Shown here: positions 30,171 to 40,790 of the stretch, one piece after another
Layout of the letters: each line of letters starts with the position of its first letter
Position numbering within the stretch: the first letter of the stretch is position 1
Assembly: GCA_041665445.1 (NCBI GenBank)
Contig: JBAYIV010000003.1
Span: forward strand, 1 to 58,331
Length of the DNA stretch: 58,331 nucleotides
From: Minisyncoccota bacterium
Lineage (GTDB): Bacteria; Patescibacteriota; Minisyncoccia; UBA6257; JAGOQP01
Direction of reading: 5' to 3'
Position numbers and translations under genes: made by a program
Notes under the pieces: model-generated
The model's input: the letters and a program-made list of their open reading frames with translations, nothing else
What the model was told of the DNA's origin: nothing
Databases searched by the model: none

Positions 30171-31976
30171 TTATGATTTTCTTTGGCTTATTTCATTCGT
30201 AACCATTTCCACGAATTCACTTGCCTTCATTTCTCCCAGTTGTCCCCGGTGGTAACTGCGGACACTCACGGTTTCGTTTTCCTTCTCTTTGTCGCCGACA
30301 ATGATCGCGTAGGGGATTTTCTTCATTTCAGCCTCGCGGATGCGTTTGCCTAGCGTGTCAGTGGCTTCAAATATTTTTACGCGTATTTTTTTGTCCTTCA
30401 GGAGTGCCGCTAGTGCTTGGGTGTAGGCGGTGTGTTTATCGGAAACGGGAATAACCGCAACTTGCGCGGGTGCCAACCATGTCGGAAACGCACCGGCGTA
30501 GTGTTCGATGAGAAACCCGATAAACCGTTCATGGGTTGAAAGCGGGGCGCGGTGTATACAGAGCGGCGTCCGTTCCTTCCCCGTCTGGTCGGTATAGGTG
30601 AGTCCAAATCGTTCAGGAACGGCAAAATCAACCTGATTGGTGGCCAGGGTGAATTCTCTGCCGATTGCACTCCAAATTTCCACATCAATTTTCGGTCCAT
30701 AAAATGCTCCTTCGTCAGAAACCTCAACGAAGGGGATTTTTTCTTTCTTCATGACATCGCGAACCATTTTTTCGGTTTTCAGCCAGAGTTTTTCGTTGTC
30801 GATATACTTTTTGCCCAGCCCTTCTTTACTGTGAGTGCTGAGGCGCATCACATACTTCTCGATGCCAAAGATTTTAAAATAATCCATGTACAGTTTGACC
30901 ACCGCCATGAATTCATCGGCAAATTGCTCTTCAGTGCAATAAATATGAGCATCGTTCATCTGCATGGATCTGACGCGCATCAATCCGAACAACTCGCCAC
31001 TCTTTTCATATCGATAGCAGGTGCCGTATTCGGCTAACCGTATCGGCAGATCGCGATAGCTATGCGGTTCTGTGGCGTAGATTTGGTGGTGATGCGGGCA
31101 GTTCATGGCCTTGAGGTAGTAAACGGTTTTTTGTCCATTCTCCTCAAGCGTCATTGGCGGATACATGGAGTCGGCGTAATAAGGAAGGTGTCCCGACGTC
31201 TTGTACATGTCTGCTTTGGCGATATGCGGAGTTTTGACTCGGTCGTAGCCGGCCTCCCATTCTTTTTCTTTTGCCAATTTTTCGAGTTCCTCAATAATGA
31301 TGGCGCCGTTTGGAAGCCAAAGCGGAAGTCCTGGCCCCGTGAGATCGTTGAAGGCAAAAAGTTTTAGCTCTTTCCCCAGTTTTCGATGATCACGTTTCTC
31401 GGCTTCCTCTTGTTGTTTGAGGTAGTCGTCCAATTCTTTTTTTGACAAAAATGCTACGCCATAGATGCGGGAAAGCATTTTATTTTTCTCGCTTCCTCGC
31501 CAATAGGCGCCAGCAAGAGATATGAGTTTAAAGCCGTCAAGAGGAATCTCCTTGGTGTTTTTGACATGCGGTCCGGCGCACAGATCGACAAAGAGCGGTT
31601 TTGATTTTTTATCTGCCGTCGCGGTTGTGTAAAGAGAAATCGGTTCGTGCTTTTTTTTGAGGTCGTCAATGAGCTCGTTTTTATATGGTTGTCCCTGAAG
31701 CGTTTTTTTTGCGCCCGCAGGCGTGGTGGCTATTTTTTTGAAAAGAAGATGATGCGCGGCAAGTTCCCGCATGCGTTTTTCCAAATGAGGCAAATCCGCC
31801 TCGGTAATCGGTTTTTTAAAATCAAAATCGTAATAAAAACCGTTTTCAATTACTGGTCCGATGCCCAATTTTGTACCGGGAAATTTTTCTAAAACCGCGG
31901 TCGCCAAAAGATGCGAGAGCGAATGGCGGACGGCGTGAAGTTTTTTGTCGGCGACGCTGGGACGGATGATGGACAT
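30171..31976 (-). CDS. thrS: Threonine--tRNA ligase (lacks N-terminal TGS domain)
   Basis: RHSLSHLL and DLCAGPH editing domain, KAMNCPHH, YRYEKSG, anticodon-binding C-terminus. Confidence 0.96.
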   Translation of the reverse strand: MSIIRPSVADKKLHAVRHSLSHLLATAVLEKFPGTKLGIGPVIENGFYYDFDFKKPITEADLPHLEKRMRELAAHHLLFKKIATTPAGAKKTLQGQPYKNELIDDLKKKHEPISLYTTATADKKSKPLFVDLCAGPHVKNTKEIPLDGFKLISLAGAYWRGSEKNKMLSRIYGVAFLSKKELDDYLKQQEEAEKRDHRKLGKELKLFAFNDLTGPGLPLWLPNGAIIIEELEKLAKEKEWEAGYDRVKTPHIAKADMYKTSGHLPYYADSMYPPMTLEENGQKTVYYLKAMNCPHHHQIYATEPHSYRDLPIRLAEYGTCYRYEKSGELFGLMRVRSMQMNDAHIYCTEEQFADEFMAVVKLYMDYFKIFGIEKYVMRLSTHSKEGLGKKYIDNEKLWLKTEKMVRDVMKKEKIPFVEVSDEGAFYGPKIDVEIWSAIGREFTLATNQVDFAVPERFGLTYTDQTGKERTPLCIHRAPLSTHERFIGFLIEHYAGAFPTWLAPAQVAVIPVSDKHTAYTQALAALLKDKKIRVKIFEATDTLGKRIREAEMKKIPYAIIVGDKEKENETVSVRSYHRGQLGEMKASEFVEMVTNEISQRKS

Positions 31977-31982
31977 AGGAAA

Positions 31983-34900
31983 TCAGTTTAATTTAATTGC
32001 TTGATCGACGATAATTTTTGGTTCGTTGTCACGCTCCGAGAGCTTCCCTTGAATGATGAGGATGTTTTTTTCTTGCCACAAATCCGGTTTACGCTCAAGG
32101 GTTTCTGAAAAAACAACAACTTCCATAGTATCGCTCAAATCCTCGAGTTTTGCAAACACGATTGGTTTATTGTTTTTTGTGATGATTTTCTTAATTGAAG
32201 TAATAATGCCGCCCGCCCGCAATGATCCGCCGATTCCTCCCTTGGCGCGGCGGGCAATGATGTCGGCGAGTGGCGAGACTTGTTTTTGTTTAAAAATCGT
32301 TTCGTATTTTTTAAGCGGATGATCGGACATGTAAAATCCCAAGAGCTCTTTTTCCCAAAATAGTTTTTCTTCGCGGGTGGCCGGTTGGCTGGGGGAGAGC
32401 GCCAAGGATGTGTGGGCAGTAGCGCCTCCAAATAAATTGTGTTGTTGTGATGCAATGGCGCGCCGCATTTCTTGTGCAAACAGTACGATTTTATCCAGAT
32501 TGACCAAGAGCATTTTTCGTTCGACGCCCAATGAATCAAATGCACCCGCTTTTATCAGCGACTCAAGAGATTTTTTATTGAGATCTTTATGAAATACACG
32601 AGTGAGAAAATCCTCAAAAGTTATGTATGCTCCGCCTTTTTGCCGTTCGGCTACGATCGCGTCGACGATATTTGAGCCGACATTTTTTACTGCACCAAGT
32701 CCAAATCGAACATTATTTCCTTCGGGCGCAAAGGCGCGGTAGCTTTGGTTGACGTCGGGGGGGAGAATGGCGATGTGTTTGCGCTTGGCTTCTCCAATAA
32801 GGAACGAAATTCGCTCGATGTCGCTGGCGTCGGCATTGAGCAGGCTTGCCATAAATTCAATCGGAAAATGTGCGCGTAGGTAAGCTGTTTGATAAGCAAT
32901 GTAGGCATAACACACGGCATGGCTTCGATTAAATCCGTAGCGGGCAAACGGCGGGAATAGTTCCCAGATAGCGCGTGCCGTTTTTTTGTCGATGCCGTTT
33001 TTAATCATGCCGGCGATGAGTCTCTCTTGTTGCTGATCGAGGAGCTCTTTAATTTTCTTACCAATGGCTTTGCGGAGGGTATCGGCTTGCGCGAGCGAAA
33101 AACCTGCAAGATCTCTGGCGATGCGCATCATCTGTTCCTGATAGACGCCGATGCCATAGGTATTTTTTAAAATCGGTTCAAGCATCGGATGAAGATAGGC
33201 AACCGGTTCGCGTCCGAATTTTCGTGCGATATATTGCGGGATCAATTCCATGGGGCCGGGGCGATACAGGGCGACCATGGCGATAATATCTTCCAGCTCA
33301 TTGGGTCTCAAATCCTTGAGATAGCGCCGCATGCCGCTTGATTCAAGCTGAAAGACGCCGGTGGTGTCGCCGGCCTGCAACATGGTAAAAGTGCTCGGAT
33401 CGTCCAAAGGAATGGTGTCAATGTGCAATTCAACGTTCTGAATGTCTTTAATGAGACGTATGGTGTTCTCAATAATGGTGAGGTTTTTCAGTCCAAGCAT
33501 ATCCATCTTGAGCAATCCCAAGTCCTCAACGGTGTGCATTTCAAATTGCGTGATGATGGTGTGGTCGTCTTGCGGCGCGTATTGAAGCGGCATATAGGCC
33601 GTGAGCTCGTCTTTCGAAATCACAATGCCGCAGGCGTGCACGGACGCATGGCGCACTACGCCTTCAAGATGCTTTGCCGCATCGATGAGTTTTCGAGCGT
33701 CGGTGTTTGTTTGGTACAATTTTTTAAATTCATCAACGCCATCCAGCGATTGGTCTAAAGAAAAATTAAAAGGGATTAATTTGGCAAGCTGATCGCAAAA
33801 TGAATATGAAAAACCGAGCGCACGTCCGGCGTCGCGCAATGCCGCTCGCGATGCCATGGTGCCAAAAGTGATGATGTTGGCCACATGTGTTTCTCCATAT
33901 TTTTCCTTCAGATAGCCCAAAACTTCGTCGCGGCGCACGTCGGTAAAATCCATATCGATATCAGGCATTTGAATGCGATCGGGGTTTAAGAAACGCTCAA
34001 AAAGCAAGTCATAGCGGAGAGGATCGACGTCGGTGATTTTGAGAATATAGGAAATAATACTGCCTGCCGCCGATCCGCGGCCGGGTCCCACGACGATTTT
34101 ATGCGCTTTAGCCCAGTTCACATAGTCTTGGACGATGAGAAAATAATCCGCAAATCCTGTTTTTTCGATGACAGACAGCTCATAGTCGAGGCGTTCTTGT
34201 ATCGATGGGGTCGTATCCGAATAGCGGTCGTGGATTCGTTGTGCGATAAGTTTTTTAAGATATGAATTTCCCGTTTCTCCTTCTGGCACGGGAAAGGTTG
34301 GCAGTAAGACCTTACCGAGCTCGATAGAAACGGAACACTGATCGGCTATTTTTTGTGTGTTGGTGATTGCTTCCGGAACATCGGAAAATGCCGCCGTCAT
34401 TTCCTCGCCGGATCGCAAGGAAAAATCTCCGGCACGCAAGGTGAGCCGATCGTCATCGGTAACTTTGTTGCCGGTTTGTATTGCCAGAAGAATGTCATGG
34501 TAGAATGAGTCTTCTTTAGTGAGGTAGTGCGAATCCTGCGTTGCGACCATGGGAACATTTTGCGCGCGCGCCAATGCAAGAAGTTTAGGGAGCGTTTTTT
34601 GCGCATCGGGAATTTTTTGCTGGGACCAGAGTTCAATATAAAAATCATCGCCAAAAATATTTTGGTATTCTTTGAGGGCGGTCAGTGCCTCGGCGGGACG
34701 ATCCTTGAGCAATAAACGGGGTATTTCTCCCGATAAACATCCGGAAAGCGCGATAATGCCTTCGTGATATCGGCCTAGGAGTTCTTTGTCTATGCGCGGC
34801 TTATAATAAAATCCTTCAAGATTCGCTTTGGTGACTAATTGGATCAAGTTTTGCCACCCAATATTGTTTTTTGCCAAAAGAGTCAGATGATAATACCGTT

Positions 34901-35147
34901 CATCGTCGATAGGGGTGCGGTCAAAACGGCTTTTGGGAGCCAGATAGGCCTCAACACCCAAGATTGGCTTGATGCCGGCCTTGGTTGCTTTTTTATAAAA
35001 TTCTATAGCGCCGTATAAATTGCCGTGATCGGTGAGCGCCAGCGACTCCATGCCCAGCACTTGTGCGTGTGCGATCAAGTCATCAATTTTTGATAGTCCA
35101 TCAAGCAATGAGTAGTGGCTGTGCGTGTGAAGATGGACGAATTTCAT
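31983..35147 (-). CDS. dnaE: DNA polymerase III alpha subunit
   Basis: HLHTHSHYSLLDG PHP domain, GPGRGSAAGS, MPDIDMDF, GFNRSHA, OB fold. Confidence 0.97.
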   Translation of the reverse strand: MKFVHLHTHSHYSLLDGLSKIDDLIAHAQVLGMESLALTDHGNLYGAIEFYKKATKAGIKPILGVEAYLAPKSRFDRTPIDDERYYHLTLLAKNNIGWQNLIQLVTKANLEGFYYKPRIDKELLGRYHEGIIALSGCLSGEIPRLLLKDRPAEALTALKEYQNIFGDDFYIELWSQQKIPDAQKTLPKLLALARAQNVPMVATQDSHYLTKEDSFYHDILLAIQTGNKVTDDDRLTLRAGDFSLRSGEEMTAAFSDVPEAITNTQKIADQCSVSIELGKVLLPTFPVPEGETGNSYLKKLIAQRIHDRYSDTTPSIQERLDYELSVIEKTGFADYFLIVQDYVNWAKAHKIVVGPGRGSAAGSIISYILKITDVDPLRYDLLFERFLNPDRIQMPDIDMDFTDVRRDEVLGYLKEKYGETHVANIITFGTMASRAALRDAGRALGFSYSFCDQLAKLIPFNFSLDQSLDGVDEFKKLYQTNTDARKLIDAAKHLEGVVRHASVHACGIVISKDELTAYMPLQYAPQDDHTIITQFEMHTVEDLGLLKMDMLGLKNLTIIENTIRLIKDIQNVELHIDTIPLDDPSTFTMLQAGDTTGVFQLESSGMRRYLKDLRPNELEDIIAMVALYRPGPMELIPQYIARKFGREPVAYLHPMLEPILKNTYGIGVYQEQMMRIARDLAGFSLAQADTLRKAIGKKIKELLDQQQERLIAGMIKNGIDKKTARAIWELFPPFARYGFNRSHAVCYAYIAYQTAYLRAHFPIEFMASLLNADASDIERISFLIGEAKRKHIAILPPDVNQSYRAFAPEGNNVRFGLGAVKNVGSNIVDAIVAERQKGGAYITFEDFLTRVFHKDLNKKSLESLIKAGAFDSLGVERKMLLVNLDKIVLFAQEMRRAIASQQHNLFGGATAHTSLALSPSQPATREEKLFWEKELLGFYMSDHPLKKYETIFKQKQVSPLADIIARRAKGGIGGSLRAGGIITSIKKIITKNNKPIVFAKLEDLSDTMEVVVFSETLERKPDLWQEKNILIIQGKLSERDNEPKIIVDQAIKLN

Positions 35148-35312
35148 ACAAGTAACTCAACCATAGCATGAATAACGTACCGCCGCTACGCCGCATGCGG
35201 ACTGCGCGGAGAAGGTAGTATACCCATATCTATTTTTTAATGCAAAAGGCAGAAAATTTTGGGTTAGAAACGTTTTATGTCCCGTCGATTTATTGTATAC
35301 TGCCGTTCATCT

Positions 35313-35966
35313 ATGAACGCAACTCGTTCTTACCGGTATGTCGTCGGAATCGATGAAGTCGGACGCGGTCCGTTGGCGGGGGACGCGTATGTCGGTGCCG
35401 TGGTTATTTCCGCGGCTCTTAATAAAAGTTTGGCACGCGCGTATCGGGCGCACGCACATACGAGTGGACACTTGTTTCCATGCAAACTTGCTGATTCAAA
35501 AAAGCTTTCGTTGCGCCAGCGAGAAGCATGGTTTGCGTGGATGCGTTTGCGGGGCATTGAGCCTATTATCGCGCGCGTATCACCGGGGGTTATCGATACT
35601 CTTAATATAGCTCGTGCCTGCGATCGTGCCGCACAAAGAGCGTATGTGCGCGTTCGTAGAGTTGTGCGGGGCGTTGGCGTGGTGCGTGTGGTGGCCGATG
35701 GGGGATTGTCGTTAGGCAATGCATTGCGCGCGCGCGATGATTTTGAGCATTTCGCAAAGGCGGATGAACGAGTACCGGCGGTATCGTTGGCGTCAATTGC
35801 GGCAAAGGTTTTGCGCGATCGGGCGATGATACGCATGGCACGCCGTTACCCTCATTATGGATTTGACGCACACAAAGGATATGGGACCAAAAAACACATT
35901 CGGGCGATAAAAAAATACGGCCCAAGCCCCCTGCATCGCCGTTCCTTTATCAAAAAGTTTGTTTAA
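35313..35966 (+). CDS. rnhB: Ribonuclease HII
   Basis: GIDEVGRGPLAG, DSKKL, AASIAAKV-like, HKGYGT, HRRSF. Confidence 0.93.
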   Translation: MNATRSYRYVVGIDEVGRGPLAGDAYVGAVVISAALNKSLARAYRAHAHTSGHLFPCKLADSKKLSLRQREAWFAWMRLRGIEPIIARVSPGVIDTLNIARACDRAAQRAYVRVRRVVRGVGVVRVVADGGLSLGNALRARDDFEHFAKADERVPAVSLASIAAKVLRDRAMIRMARRYPHYGFDAHKGYGTKKHIRAIKKYGPSPLHRRSFIKKFV

Positions 35967-36029
35967 ATCGTGAATTGACATTTACCAAAAAATGCCATAG
36001 TATCAAACCAGAAACCAAGGACGTAGTGT

Positions 36030-36111
36030 CAAAACGGCAATGTAAAATGTAAAAAAATCGGGGAATGCCCTTTTTGCATTTTAGATTTTTATTTTGCATT
36101 TTGGTTTTTGC
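36030..36111. repeat. Heptamer-like inverted repeat upstream of rpmF
   Basis: AATGTAAAATGTAAAAAAATC ... TTTTTGCATTTTAGATTTTTATTTTGCATTTT. Confidence 0.6.
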
Positions 36112-36162
36112 CTCAGGGCTTGTCGGCCTCGGGGTGGCCTATTAATTTTTTTCAGTTTATAT

Positions 36163-36339
36163 ATGGGTGGCGTACCAACAAAACATCATACACGATCAAA
36201 GACGGGGAATCGTCGGTCGCATTTGGCGCTCAAGTCGAATCAGTTGATTGCATGTCCCAAGTGCAAGCACCCAACGTTGCCGCATCGCATGTGCTCAAAC
36301 TGCGGATATCGGCCAACAAAAATAAAAAATCAAAAATAA
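36163..36339 (+). CDS. rpmF: 50S ribosomal protein L32
   Basis: VPTKHHTRSKTGNRRSH...CPKC...PHRMCSNCGY. Confidence 0.93.
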   Translation: MGGVPTKHHTRSKTGNRRSHLALKSNQLIACPKCKHPTLPHRMCSNCGYRPTKIKNQK

Positions 36340-36402
36340 AAAATCAAAATCGGGCGGGATCCCGCCGTATTTTTCATTTTGATTTTTGCCTTTTGCATTT
36401 TT
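36317..36402. repeat. Heptamer-like inverted repeat spanning the rpmF end and the nusB start region
   Basis: (AAAAAT-A/C)n left arm, GGCGGGATCCCGCC central hairpin, TTTTCATTTTGATTTTTGCCTTTTGCATTTT right arm. Confidence 0.65.
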
Positions 36403-36405
36403 ACT

Positions 36406-36882
36406 ATGGCTACTCGTCATCTCGCACGCTCGGTCGTTCTTCAATCGCTGTATGAATGGGATTTTTCCGGTCGCACTGGTGATTTGGTATCTATCGTCCA
36501 ACGCAACAGCGATGAATTTGCTCCCGGCATCAATGAGCCCGAGTTTGTGTGGAAAATTGTCAACGGCGTTGTCCAGCATCTTGCGGAGATTGATGCGATC
36601 ATCAGCGCATCGGCGGTTGAGTGGCCGTTTGACCAGATTGCACTTATTGATCGCAACGTATTGCGCATAGGCGTTTACGAATTGATGTTCGCGGATCACG
36701 AGGAGGTGCCGCATAAAGTCGCTATTAATGAGGCGATTGAATTGGCGAAAAACTATGGAGGCGTCAATTCGGGAAAATTCGTCAATGGCGTTTTGGGAAC
36801 GGTATATAAACAGTTGGAACAGGTGTCGGCTGAAGACAAAGATCCTTCGTCAGCGGTTTCTTCGTCGGAGTCCGTTCAATAA
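36406..36882 (+). CDS. nusB: Transcription antitermination factor NusB
   Basis: [37 protein letters not shown]. Confidence 0.95.
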   Translation: MATRHLARSVVLQSLYEWDFSGRTGDLVSIVQRNSDEFAPGINEPEFVWKIVNGVVQHLAEIDAIISASAVEWPFDQIALIDRNVLRIGVYELMFADHEEVPHKVAINEAIELAKNYGGVNSGKFVNGVLGTVYKQLEQVSAEDKDPSSAVSSSESVQ

Positions 36883-36885
36883 GAT

Positions 36886-37596
36886 ATGGCCAACGACATT
36901 CGCGCGTTTCAAAAAAAAATTGGGTTCTTTTTCCACAACGAAGATCTTCTCAATGAAGCGTTGACGCATCGCTCATATTTGAATGAAAATCCGTCATGGC
37001 GATTGCCGCACAATGAGCGGCTTGAGTTTCTTGGTGATGCGGTTCTTGAGTTGGTTGTTACCGAATTTTTATATGGAAAATATCCTCACGATGACGAGGG
37101 AAGATTAACCAGTATTCGAGCGGCGCTGGTTAACTATGTTGCCTTGGCAAAGGCGGCGACAGAGATAGACATGGGCGGATCGGTGCTGATGTCGAAGGGC
37201 GAGGCGCGAGATACGGGTAAGGCGCGAGAAGTCATTCTTGCGAATGCGTTTGAGGCATTGCTGGGTGCGTTATATTTAGATGGAGGATATCGAATCGTCG
37301 GTGATTTTATCAGGGCGCATGTGTTGTGCAGTGTTGACGACGTGGTTACCCATCATCTTTATCGCGACGCCAAGAGCTCTTTTCAGGAATATGCGCAGGA
37401 ACATTTTAAAATAACGCCTACGTATGTGGTTCTCAAGGAAGAGGGGCCGGATCATCGTAAAGTTTTTACGGTGAGCGTTTTTGTCGGCGAACGAAAGGTC
37501 GCGGATGGTCAGGGGTATTCTAAACAAGAGGCCGAAGTTGAGGCGGCGAAGAACGGTTTATATGTTTTTAAAGAGACTGGAAATAAACGGATTTAA
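36886..37596 (+). CDS. rnc: Ribonuclease III
   Basis: NERLEFLGDAVL signature plus dsRBD. Confidence 0.96.
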   Translation: MANDIRAFQKKIGFFFHNEDLLNEALTHRSYLNENPSWRLPHNERLEFLGDAVLELVVTEFLYGKYPHDDEGRLTSIRAALVNYVALAKAATEIDMGGSVLMSKGEARDTGKAREVILANAFEALLGALYLDGGYRIVGDFIRAHVLCSVDDVVTHHLYRDAKSSFQEYAQEHFKITPTYVVLKEEGPDHRKVFTVSVFVGERKVADGQGYSKQEAEVEAAKNGLYVFKETGNKRI

Positions 37597-39760
37597 GTCG
37601 TTTGCGGCAAAAACAACATTCGAATTTCCTTCGGGAATCGTTGGTATTGTCGGCCCCAATGGATCGGGTAAATCGAACGTTATTGATGCGGTGCGGTGGC
37701 TCTTGGGGGAACGAGAGGCGAAAAATTTGCGCGGTGATACCATTGAGGATCTTATTTTTGCCGGAACGCCGAAAAAGCCGCGTGTCGGCATGGCTCAGGT
37801 CAGCGTGGTACTTGATAACGCATCGGGCAAACTTCCCTCTGAATTCAAGGAAATTGTGATAACGCGGCGGGTAACGCGAGCGGGCGTATCGCAATATCTT
37901 ATGAATGACAGCGAGGTTCGTCTTAAGGACGTAGTTGATTTTTTTTCAAAAGCAAAGCTTGGCACGCGAGGATTGACTATTATCAGCCAGGGATCGGCGG
38001 ACATTTTTGTCCGTGCATCGGCGGCCGACCGCATGATGATGGTGCAGGAAATTCTTGGTTTGCGGGAGTATCAATTAAAAAAAGCTGAAAGCGAGCGCAA
38101 ATTGAAAAATGCGCGCATCAATCTTGATAAAGTATCGGCGATGATGGGGGAGGTCGCTCCTCGTTTGCGCATGCTGAAACGGCAGACGTCGCGATGGGAA
38201 AAGCGATTTGAAATTGAAGAGGACTTGCGCGAGTCAGAGAAACTTTTGTATGCATCAAAGCTTGGGCATCTTTTTGTTGCTCGCACCCAAGCGCATTCAG
38301 TTGATGGTGGCGCGATTGATGAGGCGCTTGTTGCGCACGAAAAAGAGCTTGCACAGGCTGATGCCCATGTGCATCAGATTGAAGATTCTTCGTTTTCGTC
38401 CGATGCACTCAAGAAACTCCAGGAACAAAAGCGTGATCTTTTTTCAAAGAAGTCAGGGCTCGAACGGTCCTTGTTTAAAATAGAGGCAGACATTGATCGC
38501 GTTGAACAAACAACGATGGATGTTGATGTTTCCGTCGGGGTTCTGCGCTCCGTGCTGGCGGAGGTAAAAAATATATTGCGCGATGTATCCGCCGAAACAT
38601 CGATCCATGGCATGCGAGAATCTATCGCGCGCGCTTTGCGGGCTATCGATGGGATGACGAAAACGCCTCAGACTGATCAAATGCGTACGGCGACAAGCGC
38701 ACTGGCACAACAGAAGAAAGAAATCACCGCAACCCTTGCTCAATTAGATCAAGGCATTGCCGATATAGAGAAAAATGAAGAAATGCTTTCTCGCGGAGTT
38801 CAAGATTTTAACGTTCGTTTTAAAGAGGCGTTTGCTCAGCGCGAGCGCATTGGGCGAATGTTGCAAGAATTGCGTGAACGGAAACAGCGAATGATTTTCG
38901 AGGATGAAAAAATACAATTCCGTATTGCCGAAACTCAGCGAATGATTGAAGCGGCGGGGTTGTCGATGGTTGATATTGAACGCGTGGCCAATGAACCAGC
39001 GTTTGAGCCGGTGGGTGATGATTCGGCTATGGGAGATTTGGAACGAAAGGTGCTTCATTTGCGCGGTGATATTGCGAGTATCGGCGAAATTGATCAAGGG
39101 GTGGTACAGGAAACCCAAGAAGTTGAAGCGCACTATTCTTTTCTCGAAAAACAATCCGCGGATCTTGAGCACGCCATTGCGGATCTTGATGGTTTGGCGC
39201 AGGAGCTGGGGAATAAAATCACGACGCAGTTTTCATTGTCCTTCAAGCGCGTCAACGAGGAGTTTAACACCTTTTTCCGGTTAATGTTCGGCGGCGGACA
39301 TGCGCACATGAAGGTGGTGTATAAAGAGCGGGCACCGCAATTGCTCGAAGGTGGCACTCCCGAAAATCAAGAAACATCCACGCAGGAGTCAGAAGAAATT
39401 TTGGCGGGCATTGATGTTGAATTAGCGATCCCTCAAAAGAAGGTAATGAGTTTAGAGGCGCTGTCGGGAGGAGAGAAGAGTCTTGTATCTATTGCGGCTC
39501 TTTTTGCGCTGGTATCGGTTAGTCCACCGCCATTTTTAATCCTTGACGAAGCTGACTCGGCATTGGATGAGAAGAACTCAAAACGATTTGCAGATCTCAT
39601 TCATACATTTGCGTCCCATACGCAATTTATCGTGGTGACGCACAATCGGGTTACTATGGAGGCGGCCAATGTATTGTATGGGGTTACGATGGATGAGGCC
39701 GGATGTTCAAAAGTTCTGTCATTGCGGTTTGCCGACGATGCCGTTGTTGAGCAAAAATAG
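37562..39760 (+). CDS. smc: Short Smc-family chromosome segregation ATPase (732 aa, no recognisable hinge)
   Basis: MFLKRLEINGFKSFA, GPNGSGKSN, LSGGE, FLILDEADSALD, FIVVTH; adjacent to rnc. Confidence 0.85.
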   Translation: MFLKRLEINGFKSFAAKTTFEFPSGIVGIVGPNGSGKSNVIDAVRWLLGEREAKNLRGDTIEDLIFAGTPKKPRVGMAQVSVVLDNASGKLPSEFKEIVITRRVTRAGVSQYLMNDSEVRLKDVVDFFSKAKLGTRGLTIISQGSADIFVRASAADRMMMVQEILGLREYQLKKAESERKLKNARINLDKVSAMMGEVAPRLRMLKRQTSRWEKRFEIEEDLRESEKLLYASKLGHLFVARTQAHSVDGGAIDEALVAHEKELAQADAHVHQIEDSSFSSDALKKLQEQKRDLFSKKSGLERSLFKIEADIDRVEQTTMDVDVSVGVLRSVLAEVKNILRDVSAETSIHGMRESIARALRAIDGMTKTPQTDQMRTATSALAQQKKEITATLAQLDQGIADIEKNEEMLSRGVQDFNVRFKEAFAQRERIGRMLQELRERKQRMIFEDEKIQFRIAETQRMIEAAGLSMVDIERVANEPAFEPVGDDSAMGDLERKVLHLRGDIASIGEIDQGVVQETQEVEAHYSFLEKQSADLEHAIADLDGLAQELGNKITTQFSLSFKRVNEEFNTFFRLMFGGGHAHMKVVYKERAPQLLEGGTPENQETSTQESEEILAGIDVELAIPQKKVMSLEALSGGEKSLVSIAALFALVSVSPPPFLILDEADSALDEKNSKRFADLIHTFASHTQFIVVTHNRVTMEAANVLYGVTMDEAGCSKVLSLRFADDAVVEQK

Positions 39761-39882
39761 TGCGGGCGGATGCGGCCGGCGATGGCAATGCTATTCGCGG
39801 GGAGCTTCCAACTGGCAAAGCATCGGGGTTGACTTTGCGGGTTTCTGTCAGTACAATACGCGCACTGGTAATTAAACAGATT

Positions 39883-40293
39883 ATGATTGCAATCAAACTA
39901 CGTCCCGTGGGGAAGAAAAAGCAGATTTCATACCGCGTTGCGGTTATGGAGAAGAAATCGAAATTAGTAGGGAAGTTTATTGAAGATTTGGGGTGGTACA
40001 ATCCGCATACCAATAAATTTGGCATTAATGCTCAGCGTGCGACCCATTGGATTGGCGTTGGCGCACAGCCAACGGATACGGTGCACAATATTCTCGTGGA
40101 TGCCAAAATCGTTGTTGGCGCAAAAATCGCGGTACATAAAAAATCAAAACATCCCGCAGAGCCAGCTGTCGTTGCTCAAGAATCTCAATCGGCTGTTGCG
40201 GAGGAATCGGCGCCCGAATCTGCTGTCATTGCCCCCGAATCGGAGGTTCTAGCGGAGCCAGTTATTGAAACGTCCGAACCAGCCGCTGAATAG
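39883..40293 (+). CDS. rpsP: 30S ribosomal protein S16 with acidic C-terminal extension
   Basis: IKLRPVGKKKQISYRVAV...LGWYNP...GAQPTDTV. Confidence 0.94.
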   Translation: MIAIKLRPVGKKKQISYRVAVMEKKSKLVGKFIEDLGWYNPHTNKFGINAQRATHWIGVGAQPTDTVHNILVDAKIVVGAKIAVHKKSKHPAEPAVVAQESQSAVAEESAPESAVIAPESEVLAEPVIETSEPAAE

Positions 40294-40392
40294 TGAGCGA
40301 GTCTCTGGTGACTGTGCGTTACCAAACCGAGTATCTGATATTCTGATCGTATTGAAAAGGTCGAGTACAAATCAAGCAACACAGAAATAGCC

Positions 40393-40725
40393 ATGGAACG
40401 GGATCAAGCATTTCTTGAATTGGTTACAAAATCGTTAGTCGACTATCCTGATGATGTCCTTATCGAGCGCACCATTGATGAAATGGGCGTGTTGTTGAAA
40501 TTAAAAGTCAATAAGGCGGACATGGGGCAGATTGTCGGTCGTGCGGGATCAACCGCTAAAGCGATTCGATCGCTGCTGCGCATCGTGGGTATGAAAAATA
40601 ATGCTCGGGTTAATTTAAAAATTCTTGAGCCAGAAGGTGGAACGGGTCCTCATCATCATGAAGAGGTTGGCGTCGCTTCGACGTCAGCGATTGATCAGGC
40701 GATGGAAGATTTGAAGAATCTTTAA
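40393..40725 (+). CDS. khpA: KH domain RNA-binding protein (KhpA family)
   Basis: DMGQIVGRAG GxxG loop; located after rpsP. Confidence 0.88.
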   Translation: MERDQAFLELVTKSLVDYPDDVLIERTIDEMGVLLKLKVNKADMGQIVGRAGSTAKAIRSLLRIVGMKNNARVNLKILEPEGGTGPHHHEEVGVASTSAIDQAMEDLKNL

Positions 40726-40739
40726 GCGGTATATTGGAA

Positions 40740-40776
40740 CAGTCCCGTCTGCGGTTGGCAGACGGGACTGTTTTTT
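40740..40776 (+). terminator. Terminator after khpA
   Basis: CAGTCCCGTCTGC-GGTTG-GCAGACGGGACTG-TTTTTT. Confidence 0.8.
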
Positions 40777-40790
40777 GTATAGTATATCTC

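Noticed and set aside
31983-35147. Intein in DnaE or GyrB
   Set aside because: Lengths are normal and no splice-junction motifs were seen. The GyrB insert is a short low-complexity loop.
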